In this document: in pieces, positions 24,673-36,908 of the stretch
Numbering within the stretch: the stretch's first letter is position 1
Layout of the letters: each line of letters begins with the position of its first letter
Source of the DNA: Hydrolagus colliei
Taxonomy: Eukaryota
Direction of reading: 5' to 3'
DNA: 64,000 bases
Assembly: GCA_035084275.1 (NCBI GenBank)
Contig: CM068748.1
Location: 4,340,001 to 4,404,000 of the forward strand
Notes under the pieces: generated by a model
Seen by the model: only the letters and a program-made list of their open reading frames with translations
Database searches by the model: none
Told to the model about the DNA's origin: nothing
Program-made: the position numbers and the translations under genes

Positions 24673-25072
24673 AAAACAACAACAGAAAAATTGCACTTGT
24701 ATAGCGCCTTTCACTTTGGGAGGCTGTCCCAAGGCACTGGACAGTTATTGTTTCAGACCCAAGCTGAGGTCGGGGATGGGGATGGTGGAGCGAAAGGTGG
24801 TGATTTGGGGTGACCAATGGGTCCGCCAAAGAGGAAGGTCTTGAGACAGGAGTTGAAGGAGGCCAGGGAGGGGGCGAGGCGAAGGGACTGCGGGATGGAG
24901 TTCCAGAGGTTGCGAGCAGAGTGGCTGAAGGCTCGCCCGCCAATGGTGGGATGGGTGGGTCAGGGGACATGGAGCAGGCCGGAGCCTACTGAGCGGAGGG
25001 GGTGGAAAGGTTGGTAGGGGTTTCGGAGGTTGCAGATGTAGGGTGGGGTGAGGCTGTGGAGGGCTTTGAATG
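24673..25072 (-). mobile_element. L2 LINE 3' 400 bp (ORF2 C-terminus plus tail)
   Basis: Minus strand TFKALHSLTPPYICNL...LRSVGSGLLHVP*...GGRAFSHSARNLWNSIPQSLRLAPSLASFNSCLKTFLF; (GTT)n tail. Confidence 0.92.
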
Positions 25073-25192
25073 TGACGTCTAGAAGATATGCAAAGCTCTA
25101 TATCAAATGCAAGGGTTATATTATTATTATGGTGCTCAGACACTTTCTTTGCAGTTTATTATTATACATATTTCTTAAATATTTTCACAACA
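25071..25192 (+). repeat. Direct duplicate of 23779-23900 (SINE tail plus non-SINE flank)
   Basis: Both copies read ...ttattattatggtgctcagacactttct..gcagtttatt...tatttcttaaatattt.cacaa. Confidence 0.85.
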
Positions 25193-26006
25193 TGGTTGCT
25201 AAATGCAATCCGTAGAGGAATACAATATTACGGGCAAATTTAGAATTGCGTACATTTTGACCTCTTAACTTTTCTCTTAAATAGCAGAACTCATGGGTAC
25301 TTCTCAATTCTAGATCCATGAGTACTTCTCAAAGGTACAGTGAAATGAATTTCTTTATCAATCTTTTCCCCTTTCCAGTTGAGGTGAAATGGCTCCAGGT
25401 GAGCCTTCACTTACTGTTGGCCACTCTGAGGAAAGCCAGCCATGTGGATCAAGCATCTACTCTTTTCAGCTCCTTCCCGCTGATTAGCTAACTTCCTAAT
25501 GATTATATGTCTCACCTTACGTTAGATTTTCCACACCGAGATTTCTCTCCAGTGCACTTTCTCAGCACAAAACCAAAAAGAAACAATAGCTACACTGATA
25601 TATAACTGTATCTTTTGGATCCCGAAACATTTGCAGAATTCCCCTGGAGACTCTGTCTCCAGGTTTTAAAATTGTATGTCCCATTTACTCAAGGCCTCCT
25701 GACCCACATCAGTCATATACTTCTACTCAACCCTCAATTGTCACAGAATTCTGAAAAATGCAATCTGCTTCAGCATGTTTTCTCCCAGAATGGCCTATAA
25801 AGCCAAACTATCAACAGCAATGTCCTTCAGTTACCCTTGGCATCTATGGATGGTACTATCTGTTCTTTTCGTGACCTATCTGAGGCATTGAAAAATCTTT
25901 GTGCTTCGAAGTGTGGACCTTCCATATTTTGGATCTGGATAATATGTCAATATTTAATGTGAAAATATTAGTTATTGTTGTATTGTTGCAAAGCTAGGTT
26001 TCTTCT

Positions 26007-26073
26007 ACAACAACAACAACAAAATTACATATGTAGATCGCCTTTCACATCGGGAGGATGTCCCAAGGCGCTG
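26007..26073 (-). mobile_element. L2 tail-only insertion
   Basis: (AAC)n aaaattacatatgtagatcgcctttcacatcgggaggatgtcccaaggcgctg. Confidence 0.8.
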
Positions 26074-26384
26074 GTATTACCTTCCATTAGCTGATTCTAG
26101 TACATATTCCCAGTACATTGGCAACATCAGTTGGCATTAATCAAGAATGGCAGTATGAAACTATGCAAGTGAGTAAACTTTGCACCTGAGTCCAAAAATA
26201 TTAACACTCACAAGCTTGTGTCTAATATTTTTTAAAAAAACTTAGTGCAGCACTGTATTATTTTCACCTCCTTATTTCTACCTTATCCTTGGCAACCCAA
26301 GATGTCCACAATGTGCATTTCTAAACTTTGGGTATTTATTACTTGGGTCCATTATTTTTTTTATTTTTTTATATCTTTTTTTAT

Positions 26385-26442
26385 TTGAAATGCCTAGAAG
26401 ATGTGAAAAGTGCTGTATCAAATGCAAGCATTATAACTATTA
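26385..26442 (+). mobile_element. SINE tail
   Basis: ctagaagatgtgaaaagtgctgtatcaaatgcaagcatta. Confidence 0.7.
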
Positions 26443-27139
26443 ATGTAAGAACCACAGCTCCAAAGCTGTGAAAACTCTTCTACAGCCTACTATTTTGTCC
26501 GAAACTTTAGTGAAACAGTCTTTTCTCTCCCTTTCAGTTAAGGGAGATATGCTGACAAGTCATCCATTATAAGGTTGATTTTTACTACTTTACATTCATT
26601 CTGCACAAGTATGTTTCTTGTGTTAACATTTGCCTGCAGATTTAATCTGTATTGATATCAGCCAATATTTATTAAATTTAAGGAAATGACCTGCCTGTCA
26701 AAGACGTTGCATCTAAATAACAGATTTTCTGCTATGGTTTGTTTAGCTGCAGAAATTCTGATAAGAAGTTCATTGGTATCTTTCCAGTACCAAGTCTAAC
26801 CATATAATTGTAAATCTTGGATACCATTTTGGTTTATCTCAGCAACCCAAAATAATATGTGTATCAAATAGGAACAACAAATTGCATTTATATAGTGACT
26901 TCAGGATACCATCTTGGAGTGTTGCAAGATTGATGTCTGTTCAAATCCAGCTTCAGAAAAAAAATTGAGCTGTTGCTCTTGCACTACTACTGATGATATA
27001 TTGTATCCCATAACAGCAAAGCTAGGGAACTGGAGTGGTAGCTGTGACTTCAGGCAGGTGGAAAAAGGAGAGGTTGGCACTCCTTACATTGGATTCCTGA
27101 AAACAACTTGCCACTTATGATATCATCTGGAGCTGACAT

Positions 27140-27910
27140 GCAAACCAAACTTGAAATGTACCATATACGATTATTAATAAGGAAAGGAGTACATTTCATT
27201 CTAGCATAATAAGAATCATGAGCTTGTTTTTGTTCCAGTACTTTTTCTTGCAGGTAAACAATTAATTTTGGTAGATATTCAGTCGCTTTATCTTTTACAT
27301 ATAGTGACATTGACAATGTTGGTCTCTAATTATAATTGCTCATCATCAAAGTTGCTACACGGAAGACTGACAAGATTTCAGTTCACGGATGTCAAATTTT
27401 CCTACTACATTAAATTCAACATGTCCATTTGAGCACAGTAGAATAAATTAAGACTAGTGCTGGGATAGAGGTTAGTTCTATTTTTACTCTCAAAACAAAC
27501 ATAAAGCAGTGCTAGAACCATTCTCGAAGATAAAGTAGGTTTACTCATCAACAGTACAATTGACAGCATTCTCTCCTTAAAGATGGAACCTGGAGGATCA
27601 ATGACAAAGTTAAATATATAGCCAGAAAAATCATGGTTTTGAGGCAGGAATGGTGAGATATACTGTTAAGTGAGTTTGTGCAGCTGTTGCTCCCAATTCT
27701 TTTACTCTACACTCTTTCTACCTGGTTTGAGAAATTCAGCTGCTCTCACTAACAGCCCCGCCACCAGGTGAAGAACTGCATGCATAAGGTCAATCCTGCA
27801 ACTCCATGCTCTACCAAATTGAGAAACAATCCTCTTCCTCAGCTACTTTCATTTTCCTTTAATGCATTCTGTGCTGGATATCTCCTCTTGGAAGCAAACC
27901 AGAGCAAATC
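27140..27910 (-). mobile_element. Decayed Gypsy LTR-retrotransposon integrase remnant
   Basis: Motifs in correct order across frameshifts: ERKRIVSQF, HGVAG..FFTWWRG, LTIPASKP*, IFNFVIDPPGS, SSRMV, SNGHVE, LQEKVLEQKQAHDSYY...FLINNRIWY. Confidence 0.62.
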
Positions 27911-28074
27911 TGTATTGATAATGCTGCCATGTTTATAATAATGCTGGCATGTGAATCAAAGTATTGTTCAATGCTCAAGTGTTGCTCAATTCACCTCCTC
28001 CAAGTGTTGATAGGAGCAATGCTCCTGCACAATTCAATCCCAATGGACTCAATCCCAATTTCTATACTTTTTTA

Positions 28075-28256
28075 TTGCCTGAAACGGTGGTGGAAGCCGA
28101 TTGAATAACAATTTTGCAAGAGAGAAGTACAGTAGATAGTTATTTGGGGGTGGGGTACAGGTTTGCAAGGCTGTTGGGGGAGTGGGATTGATTTGGGCAG
28201 CTCTTTTCAAAGATGGGCCAAGTGGCCTCCTTCTGTGCTGTATAATTCTATGATTC
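28075..28256 (+). mobile_element. CR1 3' end
   Basis: LPETVVEAD then gatgggccaagtggcctccttctgtgctgtataattctatgattc. Confidence 0.85.
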
Positions 28257-28441
28257 AGTAAATTGGTAAAGTAAAAGCAGAAATTATCCGAAAAACCTGA
28301 GTCAATGATTTTCTTAATTCCTTGAGTTCACAGCAGTGATTTACTTCTACAGATATAGGATCAAAAAGATAACCAAAGTTAACCTAATAATTGGTCGTAG
28401 CCAGATAGGGGAGCTGAATTTCCATTTACAAATGCATTGGA

Positions 28442-28502
28442 AAACAACAACAACAACTTCGAATTATTAGCGCCCTCCAAGCCGGACGGTCTCAGAGCGC
28501 TT
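28442..28502 (-). mobile_element. Variant L2-type tail
   Basis: (AAC)n ttcgaattattagcgccctccaagccggacggtctcagagcgctt; a related variant lies at 40592-40652. Confidence 0.55.
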
Positions 28503-29837
28503 GTTTGCAAAACTATATGCAAACTGTTTGCATATAGATTTTTGGTTACTTCATTACTTCACATGTGTACGCTAATCCAAGTTTGTTCAGGTTTATAAAC
28601 TAATGGCATAGACAGATTCCATTAGGATTTAATTTGAAGTCTTGTAAACGTTCCACAAATAGGGAGCTCTTTTCAAACATACACTATTTCTCAGATTTCA
28701 CTTTACAAAAGGTTTCAAAAAAAATTATGTTATTGCCATTATTTTTTAACCAAGTATTATTTTAATAATTGGTGTCCATTACAAGATTAATCTTGAACTT
28801 TTTTAAATTCCATAATAAATTTCAGTTCGCAAACATGGCTCTCAGGAGCTATAATGCCAATTAAAAAGCTATCTTTAATATTCAAGTATTTTGAGAATAG
28901 TTAATTTTTTTATTTTATCACATGGTGAATAATGATAAGGAAAGAGTTTAAAACATAACACGATGAATACATCTTGTATGAATATGTTCTTGTTACCTTT
29001 ACACATTGTTTTTCTTCCCGTGAGGACATGTCTGTTATTTTTTTTCTGTATACCCTGCTAGATTTGTGAGAGCCTATGTTGGGAACTGAGGGTAAAAATA
29101 CACTTCCTAACAATTTTGAGCATATGTAAACAAGCAACTTACTCATCCTTTGCAATTTGTACATTTTACTTTGAGTTCAGCATTGGAATGTTGCACTTTA
29201 TGAATTATCTGCTTCCATTTAGTAGGTCAAATGGCATTTTCCCTGGCCACTGAGCAATGATGGGAATGGGACACAAAGGGCCAATTTCTATAATGTAGTT
29301 CTAATCTGAATTCTGTTTAGTTATTGGTCACTGTATAGTGGATGGAGAGAACTGGAACGGTAGGCATTTGAGAATTGAGTACATTTATTGTGGTGGGGGG
29401 GAGGAAACCCACACCATGATACAGACTGAATTTGTGAACACACAAATCCATTTGTTTTAAAGAATACAAATGTTCTGGAAAAGAGTCAGTTTGTTTGTTT
29501 TTTCCCTTAACATTAATTTATCATTCCTGCAAAGCCTAGTATGTTTGTGGTTAAAATAGTTATGCATAATACTGTTATGGATCTTTACTTGCAATTATTT
29601 TTTGACCGAAATTGAATATGTTCACGAGAGAGTTGCATGCAGCCAGAAATAATACATATAGTCCATGCAAAAATGAACTAAATGTTTGCTGAATAGATGG
29701 CTTCAATATAGCAGAGCCAAAATTCAAACCAAGTAAAATGAAAGGTTGTTCTGCACAGTTTGAAACAGCAGGCTCTTATTAAAAGTAAAATATAGCTCTT
29801 CCAATTACTTGGTGAGTAAAGACAAATATAAATATAA

Positions 29838-30200
29838 TAACATAATAATCCTTGCATTTGATATAGTAGCTTATCATGTCTTTGAGACGTCTCAAAGTGC
29901 TTTACAAAATATACTGTAAAGTGAATTGACTGTATATTTTATGGATTCAATGTTGCAGCCAATTGCACACAGCGTTGTCCCACAAAGAGTTGTGGTTTGA
30001 GTGATCAAATTATTATTTATTATTTATTTCCTTTTTTTGAAGGGATTATTACCCCCAGAAACCACTGGTAAATTACTGCTAGGTAAACCGAGGCGTGTGG
30101 AAGAAAGGAAACTTTCCTAACATTTCGTCCTAACTGGAATGTCCAAACCCAGGCTCTCGGACTTGCGAAGCAAGTGCTCTAACTAATACGCTACGGGACT
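29838..30200 (-). mobile_element. Full-length SINE, variant subfamily with an extra ~40-bp internal segment
   Basis: Minus-strand head agtcccgtagcgtattagttagagcacttgcttcgcaag; extra segment at about 30050-30092; same body and tail. Confidence 0.85.
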
Positions 30201-31193
30201 TTGGTGGAAAATAATATAAATAACATGATACATTAACATGATAACACACACGTTTTCAGGAATGGTGGCCCCAAGTGATCATGAGTTATATTTGATTAGC
30301 ATTTTCTCACCATAATGTCATGTAGGGTAGATTGGTTTGAATAAAATGAGACGACCATATATGCACTCGTGAATTCCTTGTGGCAGTAATTTTGACACAC
30401 AATATGTTGGGAAGCTCAGTCAATACAATAACTTTGGGTTTCGCTAAGGCCAGAGGGAAAAAAAACTGTTTTGCAAACATTATAGGTTTTGGAAATAACC
30501 TTAAAGAGAAACAGCTGATGAAAAATATTAAAGTTGTGCCAGTTGCTTCTCAAATTGTTGACAATTTGACACTTTATTTGAGTTAGGTGCCCTCTTTTAA
30601 TGGGAAATTTCCTTAAAGTCTATGGAAAAATCGATTCAAAATATCTTTGCAATGAGAACTGAGCAAAAGGCAAAGATCAATGCATATAAAGCAGTCTCAA
30701 TTCAGGAAAAGTTGGGGGCTACCTAGGGGAAGAGTGGCTGATTTAAGGCTCACCAATTATATGACCTGAAATATTTAGTCCACTGTCATTGATGCAAGTT
30801 GACATTTATTCTCAGCTATATAGCTCCTCACAGCAATATGTACCACAGTGTTATAAACAGAAACACAAGTACTTAACATTTCCTTCTACAGACTATTCCA
30901 ATTCAATTCATGAAACCTTTATGTTCCAATTCAAGGAAGCAATTTGTTATTCTTATACTGTTATTGACACCACATTGACAGCGAAGAAGAATATCCTTGA
31001 CATCACCCATTGTATGTACATATAAAAATACATTTGTTTTAGCACCTTTCACCCACTATAGCAATAAATAATTCAATTTATCAAAATTTTAGAAGTAACT
31101 AAAGATCACTTTTATTATCTGTAATAAATCCCAAAGTTCCATAAATATAATGTTCCTAATTAGGAAAATAAAAATCACATTGGTTTGATGGAC

Positions 31194-31300
31194 AATAATA
31201 ATAATAATCCTTTCATTTCAAATAGCATCTTTGAGATGTCTCAAAATATTTCACAGAATGTACTGTAAAGTGAATTGACTGTATATTTTGTGGGTGAAAC
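31194..31300 (-). mobile_element. SINE 3' fragment
   Basis: (AAT)n cc...gagatgtctcaaaatatttcacagaatgtactgtaaagtgaattgactg. Confidence 0.8.
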
Positions 31301-31824
31301 AAATTAGGTTTGCTCTTCAAGGTTAACTTGGATTGCTTTAACATAGCAGCATTGAAATGGCACAGGAAGGTTGCAATGATTACTTTGGAAATTTTTACTG
31401 AGCACCAAATCTGATCACCAAGCATTCTCTGAGTATCATGGTAAGCCTCTGAACAATGGCTCTCACTTGGCCTGGCTTTCACACAGACTCAACTGATTCA
31501 CCTGGGGAACCATACCACTTCCTAGTCTCTTGATCCCTTGTACCCAACAAACAATTTATCTCAGCTGACAAACCTTCAAGAAACAAAAGCGTTATACACT
31601 AAACTTCCACTAGGCACTTTCTAATCAGTGTATACTACTGCATATTTCAATGTCAGTGTTTAAAAATGCACGTTTATTTAATATCTTCAAATAACAGCAT
31701 GATTAGGAATACTAAGAATGGTACAAGGTAAACCACTATGCAAAGCAGTACTTTGCTTTCAAGTTATAAAAGAAGCACCTAATTATAAATAGTGTTTCAT
31801 TTCTAAAATCATAAATAAAGGAAA

Positions 31825-31960
31825 AGCCTTGTTTTTGATATAACTTTCACATTGAGAGAACATCTCAAAGTGCTTCACGGGATTTACTGTAAATTGTGGG
31901 TGCATGTGTGTTTTGTAGGTGAATGCGACAGACAATTTTTGCACAGTAATGCCCCATAAA
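31825..31960 (-). mobile_element. SINE 3' fragment
   Basis: catctcaaagtgcttcacgggatttactgtaaa...gacaatttttgcacagtaatgccccataaa. Confidence 0.7.
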
Positions 31961-32134
31961 TAACACATGAAATAATTATTTGCTCTTCAGTTTTAACTTA
32001 AGGAGAATATTCAGTAAAATATTTAAAAATGTACAGTATTATCCAAACAAGTCTGTCATTTGAAATAGCAATGGAGTATGTTCAAACTTTCTCCTGTCTT
32101 CTTTCTTCCTCCTATACTTATTTCCATGACTTAT

Positions 32135-32236
32135 GAAATATACAGTCAATCCACTTTACAGTGTGTCCTGTGAAGTGCTTTGAGACAGCTCGATGATGTG
32201 ATAAGGTGTTATATCAAATCAAAGATTGTTATTATT
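32135..32236 (+). mobile_element. SINE 3' fragment
   Basis: aatatacagtcaatccactttacagtgtgtcctgtgaagtgctttgagac. Confidence 0.8.
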
Positions 32237-32514
32237 TTGGCGGGAATACATTTACAGAGGAATTACCAGTCCTCTAATGTCTCACTCAAATGGTCGTTCT
32301 TTGTGAATAGTGAGTGAGCCTTGATAGTGAGTGCCGTTGAGTTCTTTGCCTAGGGGGCCCCAGATTCAAGCCTGATCCCTGGTTATGCAAACACATTCCA
32401 ACAGCAGTCAGGATCAAGAGTGGGAACCCTAACTTACTTTGCTCCAATTCCTTAGTCTGTAGATACCGAAGCCAATTGTAGAACTGTTGCCCCAGCTAAA
32501 TTCTGTCAATGTAA

Positions 32515-32633
32515 CTACAGGTATATGGGGAAAGGACAGGTAAATGGGCCTGAAAGGATTACTCTTTGGAAGAGCCAGCACATACATGATGGACTGAATG
32601 GTCTTCTGTCTGTAAATTTCTATGGTTCTATGG
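32515..32633 (+). mobile_element. CR1 3' tail
   Basis: tatggggaaaggacagg...agagccagcacatacatgatggactgaatggtcttctgtctgtaaatttctatggttctatg. Confidence 0.8.
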
Positions 32634-33124
32634 TAACACGGGCTGGGAATTATCTGACTATCTGGTTTATATAGGTCCATGCTATCCTGGGTGCTCCTAT
32701 CATGCCTTTAGCAACTCAGGCATTGGGGAATTAAAAAAAAGTATTTAAAATCACATTTTAACCACATTCAACATCATGTTGCTACGGTTACACCTCTGGT
32801 GATACTCCTTTGAAAATTTAGCAAGCCAAATTAATGCTAGCGTTACAAAATATTTCAGATTTTATCAACTAAAATAAAAAAAACAAGAGTTCCTTGCTAT
32901 ACAATATTAATATTTTAGACGCAAAGTTACTTAACCGTTTCAGGAGTAGGGCAGCTATGGTTTTACAAACAAAATTTCCAATGTTTTTTAGTTTAATACC
33001 ACAAATAATATCAATGAACAATTCTTTCATAAATCTGCATGTTTATTTGAATCTTCTCAAAAGCAGCCATTATTAAAGATAAACAAAGGCTTTCTCTTGG
33101 ACTTGGTGGATAAATGCATTATGT

Positions 33125-33365
33125 GGTGTAATGTTGAGCACCAAAGAGCAGGAAAGATCTAGTTTTGATCGCTTTTTCTCTGCTGGGTTTGCTGATCTCA
33201 GCAATGGGAGCAGAATCATGGGCTCTGAGCTAGGTGGGAAACCAAACACAGTCAGGATTCCTGCCAATGATCTCTATCCAGTGACCCTTGCAGAAAAGTG
33301 CATCTGTATGCGGCTTGGCTTTAATACCCATCATGATCAAATAGCCAACTGGCACTCACTGCCTG
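33125..33365 (+). mobile_element. Old SINE, second family
   Basis: gctgatctcagc...cagtcaggattcctgcc...atccagtgacccttgcagaaaagtgc, the reverse of the 43900-44248 copy. Confidence 0.55.
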
Positions 33366-33717
33366 GAATTACATATCACTGGGATGAGGTACTCGATAGC
33401 AGCTGGAACTTGCGTAACCACACCCTAGCCTCATTCACCATCATCAAAGCGGGAGGAGAGAACAAACTGAGCAAAAATGCCGGAGAATAATATTTCCAAA
33501 TGCCATTCTGAAAATCGCTGTATATTATTTGGGCAATGGAACAAACCTTTTGACCATGGACATGGTTAGACGAAATGAGCAGTTCTCACAAGTAAATTCA
33601 CTTCTTGTAACCAAACAGAGGATTTAGTTAAGGAAAAATATATTATTCTAGAAGGGAAATGTTTCAATGTAATGGTCTCCTTTTCCTTTAGCCACCCCTT
33701 CTCCTCAACCCATACCC

Positions 33718-33790
33718 AAAGTGCTTTGAGACTTCCAGAAGACGTGAAAAGTGCTATATCAAATGCACGTACAGTACCATTGTCATTATT
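33718..33790 (+). mobile_element. SINE tail
   Basis: aagtgctttgagacttccagaagacgtgaaaagtgctatatcaaatgca. Confidence 0.8.
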
Positions 33791-33841
33791 CTGAAAGCAA
33801 AGGTAAAAAAAAATGTTTTTTAATGTCTGGACACCAGACAT

Positions 33842-33870
33842 TATTTGTCCACATCCTATTTGTCCACATC
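33842..33870. repeat. 15-bp tandem duplication
   Basis: tatttgtccacatcc tatttgtccacatc. Confidence 0.85.
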
Positions 33871-35039
33871 AAATACACCCTGCAGGATACCTAGCATTTT
33901 TGCACTTTTCAGCCAGAAAATCCCTGTTCGGGTGACATATGTGCCAGGTTGGTCTTTGGCCGATTGCCGTTTCAATGAGTGGTGATTGGCAACCTTCCTG
34001 GTTCTGGATGCTGATCCCAACACGGTTACATTATAAAGTTAATACCCGCTGGCCACGAGCCCTGGCTGGTGCTGAACCTTTTAATGGCATTCGAGCGCCA
34101 GATTCACATCAAGGACTAGGAAGGACGGCAATCAACAATCACAGTAACAGTAGCCAGCCAAAGACAAACCCATTGGATAGTTAACCGAGCACATCTTTCT
34201 TGGCTGGAAGACTTGTAATAGCAGGTCTCCAGCAGCCTGTGTTTTGATGGGTACAAATGGGACAATCTTCTCTCAGGGATAAACCATTTTAAAACATTTT
34301 TTTTACACTCTTTCTCAAAGGAATACTTAATATTAAAGTGCTCACCACCCCACCCACACCGGTGACATTCCACTTTAACCTGACCCTGTGGAATACCCTG
34401 GAATCTTTATTGTTAGCAAATAACTACTGCGAGCAGCACTGTAAGGAATTTGATAATTAACTAAAGCCATGTTCAATCCATGTAAATTTTGCTGCATCTA
34501 CTCCACCTGTGGTACCATAGAGGCATGGCGTGGCAGAAAGCTATACTCTTGTATGGCGTTCCATTCAAACCATTGAAGCACACAATATTTTGTGGGGCGA
34601 AACAAGTAATCCCCAAAATAAAATTGATCATTTGTTTCTTGGTTGTTTGTGGGAATATGGCTGTGCACATTTACCCTGCCACATTGGCCTACAAATACTC
34701 ACTTCATTTTGCAATAATTCCTGCAAAGCTTTGACATGTCCTTCTAACATAATAAGGCACTGTACTATATGCAATTATTATTAGATAAATGCTCATCAAG
34801 TTATTTGACACTGAAAACAATTTAGGCTGAAAATTTCAGTTAGTCTCAGGCTGTAGATCCATTATGCATTAAAAGTAAATATTGCCCGGAATTGTGGAAA
34901 ATCAATCATATAGTTTTAATTTGGAAGTCAGTTTCTTTTTAAGAGCTGCAGAAAAGCAGCTTGCAAATTGAAACCTAATCAAAGCATTTTCTTCAATTTA
35001 GGTCGTAGCACTATTTCCTCTGAGTTAGAAGGTTGTGCT

Positions 35040-35200
35040 TTGAATGTCTCATCCAAAGAGTGGCACCTCAGTAATGCAGAGCTCCCCCAGCACTGAACAC
35101 TGAACTAAAGCTTGGAATGTGAGTTCAAAGTTCTGCCGTCAGGCTTGAACCTATAACCTTCTGACTCAGAGGTGAGAGAGCAGCCAACTGGGCCAGGTTG
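35040..35200 (-). mobile_element. Older DeuSINE 5' half
   Basis: atgtctcatccaaagagtggcacctc...cttgaacctataaccttctgactcagaggtgagag. Confidence 0.75.
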
Positions 35201-36837
35201 AAACCTAGGGTCACTCACTACACAGTCCACTTTGAGATGTCTTCCTGATATGAAAGTCACTAGGTCAAATGCAAGGATTATTATTAAAACCTCAGAGTTT
35301 TCTGATTGGATGAACCACCAGCAAATTGGAGGGGAAGAGAGAAGTGTTTGACATTTTATATATTCTCAGTTTAGTTCCACTTTTATGAAGCTTATTAATC
35401 TTTGTACTGTAATGTGTTTAAGTATACTTTAATACAGCTACTTGCTCATGTTAAATCCATCCGTTAGCAAGTTTTGTAGGTTCAAATATCATGCCACCTA
35501 ATATTTGTCAGCTTTGTATGAGCACATATTAAAACAGCTTCCTTTGTCTGGTTCATTTCAAAAGCTACTGGTTAGAGATAATGTCATTTACTATTACAAT
35601 ATCCAGAATGAAAAAAACACCATGTGGAAATTATCTCATTGACTGCAGTCAATTAAAAATAATATAGTGGGAATTTATGACTAACCTTCCATTCCATCAA
35701 AGCACTGTAATAACCTGGGCATGCAACTACAATTAAAAGAGTGAAAACCTGTTTATAAAGCATGTCAAATGTGGCCTCTTTGCTTGTTTTCTCAGTCATG
35801 CATGTCAACATTCTCTTTCTAACACCTTTCTCCCCAATCTCACCTGCCCTGGTGCAAGAGCTCTGCATAATTACTGGCTGGTTCCTCCACATGTCCTGGA
35901 GGGATTCTTCAGAAGGTAAAAGTACCAATAACAGGCACGTTTTCTACATGAGTTATCCTTACACTCCTGCAGTGCCTAACCCTGCTTCTGACTCAGTCAG
36001 CATCTTCCAGTGAGCCTCGGGGCTAAGCTGAAAAAAATACTGCATCCAATTTACACACAAACATAACTGCATGTTCACAACCACAAGATAATCACTAAAC
36101 AAAAGCAGAATGCCATTTTTAATGTGATTTCTGAACAGATACAATGACCCTGTGTTTTCACAAGAAAAGATGTCTCATTCAAAGACTATTAACACTGGGA
36201 TCTAAAAAAACACTTAGCAATTTCCTTTCTTGTTTACTACAGAACCTGATATTTCAACTTTCATGTCACACCTAAACACATTGCTTTGAGATATTCAAGC
36301 GCAGAGAGTTGCTTTTCATTCCCCTGTTCGGATGTGAGAGAGCGCTTGCTCTCCAAGGATTATACCTGAGCCACGCTCTGCGAAGAAAGCCATTTCACGG
36401 TGCCAGGTAATCGCAGATCACATGACGTGGAGAGTGGCAGAGACCGAGAACTTCGCAGAGCACAGCAGAGCGGGTGAAAATGAATCAGATATGAAAATGT
36501 CTGAAGCAATAAATTAACACTCAGCATGGGGGTGATAGCTTAATCCTGTCTGGTCCAAACAGTACCTGACACCCATTATTGTAATAGGAGGTACCACACT
36601 GAATTGATACAGAGAGTGAAAATGATCATTCCCAGATGACTTCCAAAACAGTAAAGGTAAAGAGTGTTACTCCCCGACAGAACAGATTGAGTCAACTATT
36701 GCTATTTATAAAATGAAGCTGAAAGAAGTTGTCAGACAACGATGCAATTTTCTTGAGCAGTTTTGCATTCTCAATCACGCTTATTTCTGTACACTCCAAG
36801 ACTGACTTTTACAAAAAACATTGACTGCATTCATTCT

Positions 36838-36908
36838 CCCTCCCATCCTCCTCAACATCCACCCACCCCCCACCACTACCCCCTGCCCCCCCCCCCCCCA
36901 ACCCCCTC
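36838..36908. repeat. C-rich low-complexity tract (G-quadruplex-capable on the minus strand)
   Basis: Multiple C runs ending in ccccctgccccccccccccccaaccccc. Confidence 0.7.
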
